NCBI GenBank assembly: GCA_001687465.1
Contig: LVLI01000281.1
Coordinates: 62,001-126,000 of the forward strand
DNA: 64,000 nt
Origin: Halocafeteria seosinensis
Lineage: Eukaryota
Direction: 5' to 3'
Below the pieces are notes generated by a model, which was given only the letters and a program-made list of their open reading frames with translations, searched no databases and was not told where the DNA came from. Each line of letters opens with the position of its first letter. Position 1 is the first letter of the stretch. Below, one piece after another: positions 61,028 to 64,000 of the stretch. The position numbers were made by a program, and so were the translations under genes.

Positions 61028-62197
61028 TTATGACTTCGTCCATTGCAAAATTAGCCTAAGACGGTGTATCGTCCACAAAGCGATAAACATTAGAGAGAGT
61101 ATATAGAGAGCACTTCGAGAAGGACTGTCTTCGAAGAGGCGAAACTTTTTGAGAGCTCTATTCATCCAGTAAAACAAGAAGAGCTTTAAACTCATCAAAT
61201 ACTCTTGGAGACCATCGAGCCAATATTGCGGGGAAGTGACAGAGGTGTCGATAGAGGATTGGATGCTTTGCTGTTGATGATCCGTCTGTTGTTCACGAAG
61301 CTGCTGCATATGTTGGTACAAGGTCTTGCAGAACGATGCTAGCTGGTTTCCCGCGGCAATAGTAGCGCTCTGTGATGGTGTCAATAAAGGATCTGAGTAG
61401 TCGTGTTCCTGATTACATAACTCGGCAGTCTGCGAATTAGCGGTGATACTTCCTTTCGACAGCTTCTGCTCAATATGATCAAGTCGTTGATAGTCTTCCT
61501 TGAGCAGCACATTCAATTCGTCTAACACTTTATCAAAGTCTTCTTCCTCCTCTTCCTTCCCCCTTTCCTCCTTGTTGGCGTTGTGTTGCAACACTTGGTG
61601 AGTGTTCCTGGCTGGCGTGGTGTTTCGGCCATTCACATGGTTTATGCGTGAGGACTCTTTTTGCTTCGTCTGTATTGGTCGGGAGCTAGATGGTGTTTTG
61701 ATATTCGTTCCGGAGCTGCTCGCAGGAGTTCGCATGTACTGAGATGTAGCGGAAGGGCTTAAATAGCTTCCAGCATGTAGCCATTCCCCGTTGGTGAGTT
61801 CTTGAATGGCCTCCACATATTGCTTTCTGGCCTCCTGGCAGGACATTCCACGATTGGCGTCCCAGGCACTCCTGCACCTTGCGAATGAAACGTACCGTAT
61901 AGGGAGAAAGAAATAAGCCCTTAAGGCAGTATAGAGGCTTACCATTTAGCTCGAGCTGCAAATCCTGCAAAAATCGACGGTTTAGGCTGTGTATTGTCAC
62001 CCTGCATTGCACACAGAAAATCCCCGTAAGCTATAAACTCCATCCTCATTCGTGGCTAGAAACGGGCGTACCTCCGTCGCCTGCTTATAGAGTCCATACA
62101 GCCTTAATTTCGTCTCATTCGACACTTGCTCGTCTGGATCCTCGGGGAGACTCTTCACGTACGCCACCGCTTCCTGGAACACTTCCTCCTCATCCAT
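61028..62197 (-). CDS. Acyl-CoA-binding domain protein with coiled coil and C-terminal TM helix (ACBD4/5-like); 2 introns
   Basis: FQEAVAYVK, KLRLYGLYKQATE|GD...P, RAKW|SAW..GMS..EARKQY; hydrophobic tail ALYILSLMFIALWTI followed by basic residues. Confidence 0.85.
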
Positions 62198-62642
62198 TGT
62201 ATCCCTATATCCGAGCTAATACAGATCATGCATGCCAACAATAATATTGAATGAAACAACACTTGCCTCATAGCAGACATACAAACCCTAACGGCAAGAC
62301 GCAGCGTTTGTGAAGCGAGCGTGATTGGGACTCACCGGGAACTTTCCCTGTAGGGCAATCTATGTACACTGTCGTGTGGAATCATATCTCGTGAGAAAGA
62401 AATGTGCATTATACTGTCGTGGTATATTAGGCTTGTTAAGCCTCAAACTCGAAGCACGGCTACAACCCCTCCCGTACCCAGGGTCCCAGATGGATACTCG
62501 GCTGGGTGAATCTCTGTGGTAGGCCCACTTACGTCAGGCAAATGTTTCCATTAAGCGGATAACAACATTACGAACCACTAGTATCCACTAGCTTCCTCGG
62601 ACAGGGGAGCAATAGTCCTCTCGCATGTTCGCAAGGATCTGT

Positions 62643-64000
62643 TCATGAAGCACTAGTGTCTGAAGTGGCGCTTGAATAACTGATACCTCCGATTCGGACT
62701 CCCGCAGTGCCTGTAACGTAGCCAGACTCGCCTTGAGTGGTTGGACTAGGAGCATGACTGGAGTAAGAGGCAATCCTATTTGCGTCCAACTCGTTTAGAA
62801 ATCTTTCGGACTGTGTCCCAGGAGGAGCTTCTCGCACTTTTGAACGATTTCCGACGGCTAGCGAGTTCATATGCCGTTCTAGCGATGCAGCGTTATATTC
62901 GTAAGCTTCACCTTTACTACCGTACCAATCGATGAATTTCATTGCAATATCAATCTTTTTGTGGTGCATGTTTTGGACGGAAGCTGTATTCATAATACAT
63001 GACGGTATCCAAACTAGTACAGACTTGGACGCGTTAGTTCTTGACGTACCGTGGTGTTGCAACAGTTTTTCTATTCGATCGCAATCGTCTTGGTGAGCGC
63101 ACACGTTGATCGATTGTTCACACGAGGATTTGAAGTGTTGGTAGTCTGTAACATTCACTTTCTTGGATAAGTCTTCGAATGTAGGTCGCTGTGACAAGTC
63201 TTCAGCAACACTGTTGTGGTTGTGTTCAAGTCGTTCGAGGTCTTGCTTTAGAGATGTCGCCCATTCAAGGAGTTCTTTCTGTTTTTTCTTTGTGGTTTGC
63301 TGAAATTCTTGAGTCTCTCGCAACGGTGCTTTATTCTCCACATCACTACGTATAGATTCTACCGAGGAAACGAGCTCACCAAATCGTGAGAGGTCTACTT
63401 TTCTGTTTAGATCTTGCGAATGCGAGTCAAGGTTAGCATCATGTCCATCCAGACGGCGTTCAGTTTCTGATACTCTCGTGTCTAGCTCTCCAAGTTTCTC
63501 CTCTGTTTGTGACATGTGATTGGAGACCTTCTGATGGAAAGAGGCGTGGTCTTCAATTCCTTGCAAGATAGCCTTGTACCTCCTCATTTCACTTTTGTCA
63601 ACCTTGCACGAAACTACCCCTTGCAACGCAGACAATTCACTCTCGACATTTTGATGTGAATCCACCAAACTGCACAGACATAAAAATGGCGTAAATGCAG
63701 GGCAAAAGAAAATGTCCATCTGTAGCAGTGCAACCTAGTACGTACTCTTGGAAGGCAGTCGTCGAGGTAAAGTCGTTACGCGCCCCTTCTAAGAATTCTT
63801 CCATTTTACCTTGCAAGTCTTCTTTAAACTGCTCAAAACTTGACATGGTAGCTCTTTGCCGCATATGGTTTTCCATGGTTGCTAGTTTTCGCTGTTGTTG
63901 TGCCACAAAATCTCCTATCGAGCAGTCTGAACGCTCCTCCGGCTCCCGTTGGGCGTCTTCCTTGGCTTCCTGCTCTATCATGTACCCTGCTGGCACAGTG
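62643..64000 (-). CDS. Coiled-coil protein of unknown function, 5' end outside the window
   Basis: Two ORFs joined by a GT-AG intron near 63670-63742; heptad-rich sequence. Confidence 0.65.

Noticed and set aside
1..64000. Alternative genetic code or non-canonical introns as the cause of fragmented ORFs
   Set aside because: In the genes I spliced by hand, breaks were resolved by GT-AG introns, and TAA, TAG and TGA each end genes.

Overview
A gene-dense, compact eukaryotic (protist) chromosome segment with short canonical GT-AG introns (mostly about 60-75 nt). All three stop codons terminate genes, so the standard code fits. Gene content (alternative oxidase, membrane pyrophosphatase, WrbA, NAP1 ending in CKQQ, AlaX-fused TrpRS, Crypton-like recombinase) suggests a SAR/stramenopile-type organism; this is inference. 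About 21 protein genes can be modelled by hand: polyprenyl synthase (partial), LOTUS-LOTUS-RRM protein, class I sirtuin, TPR-SAM-FH2 formin, possible MED17, M17 aminopeptidase, a coiled-coil orphan, a 1.5k-aa orphan, ferrochelatase, UGGT, TrpRS, Hsp110, NAP1, membrane PPase, WrbA, NSRP1, EED/ESC, CHCHD2, GTP cyclohydrolase II, AOX, a small secreted protein, an ACBP-TM protein and a partial coiled-coil gene. TrpRS is flanked by two decayed DNA-element relics: a SWIM plus 2xSAP relic and a tyrosine-recombinase (Crypton-like) relic. Best leads: (1) a K+-dependent membrane PPase with the prokaryotic Na+-PPase-type helix-6 signature rather than the plant/protist H+-PPase one, (2) TrpRS with an N-terminal AlaX-like domain lacking its metal ligands, (3) an orphan 46-codon ribonucleotide reductase R2 shard in an intergenic gap, (4) a formin without FH1. 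No rRNA, intact tRNA or CRISPR array was seen. All family calls are by motif recognition only; no database search was run.
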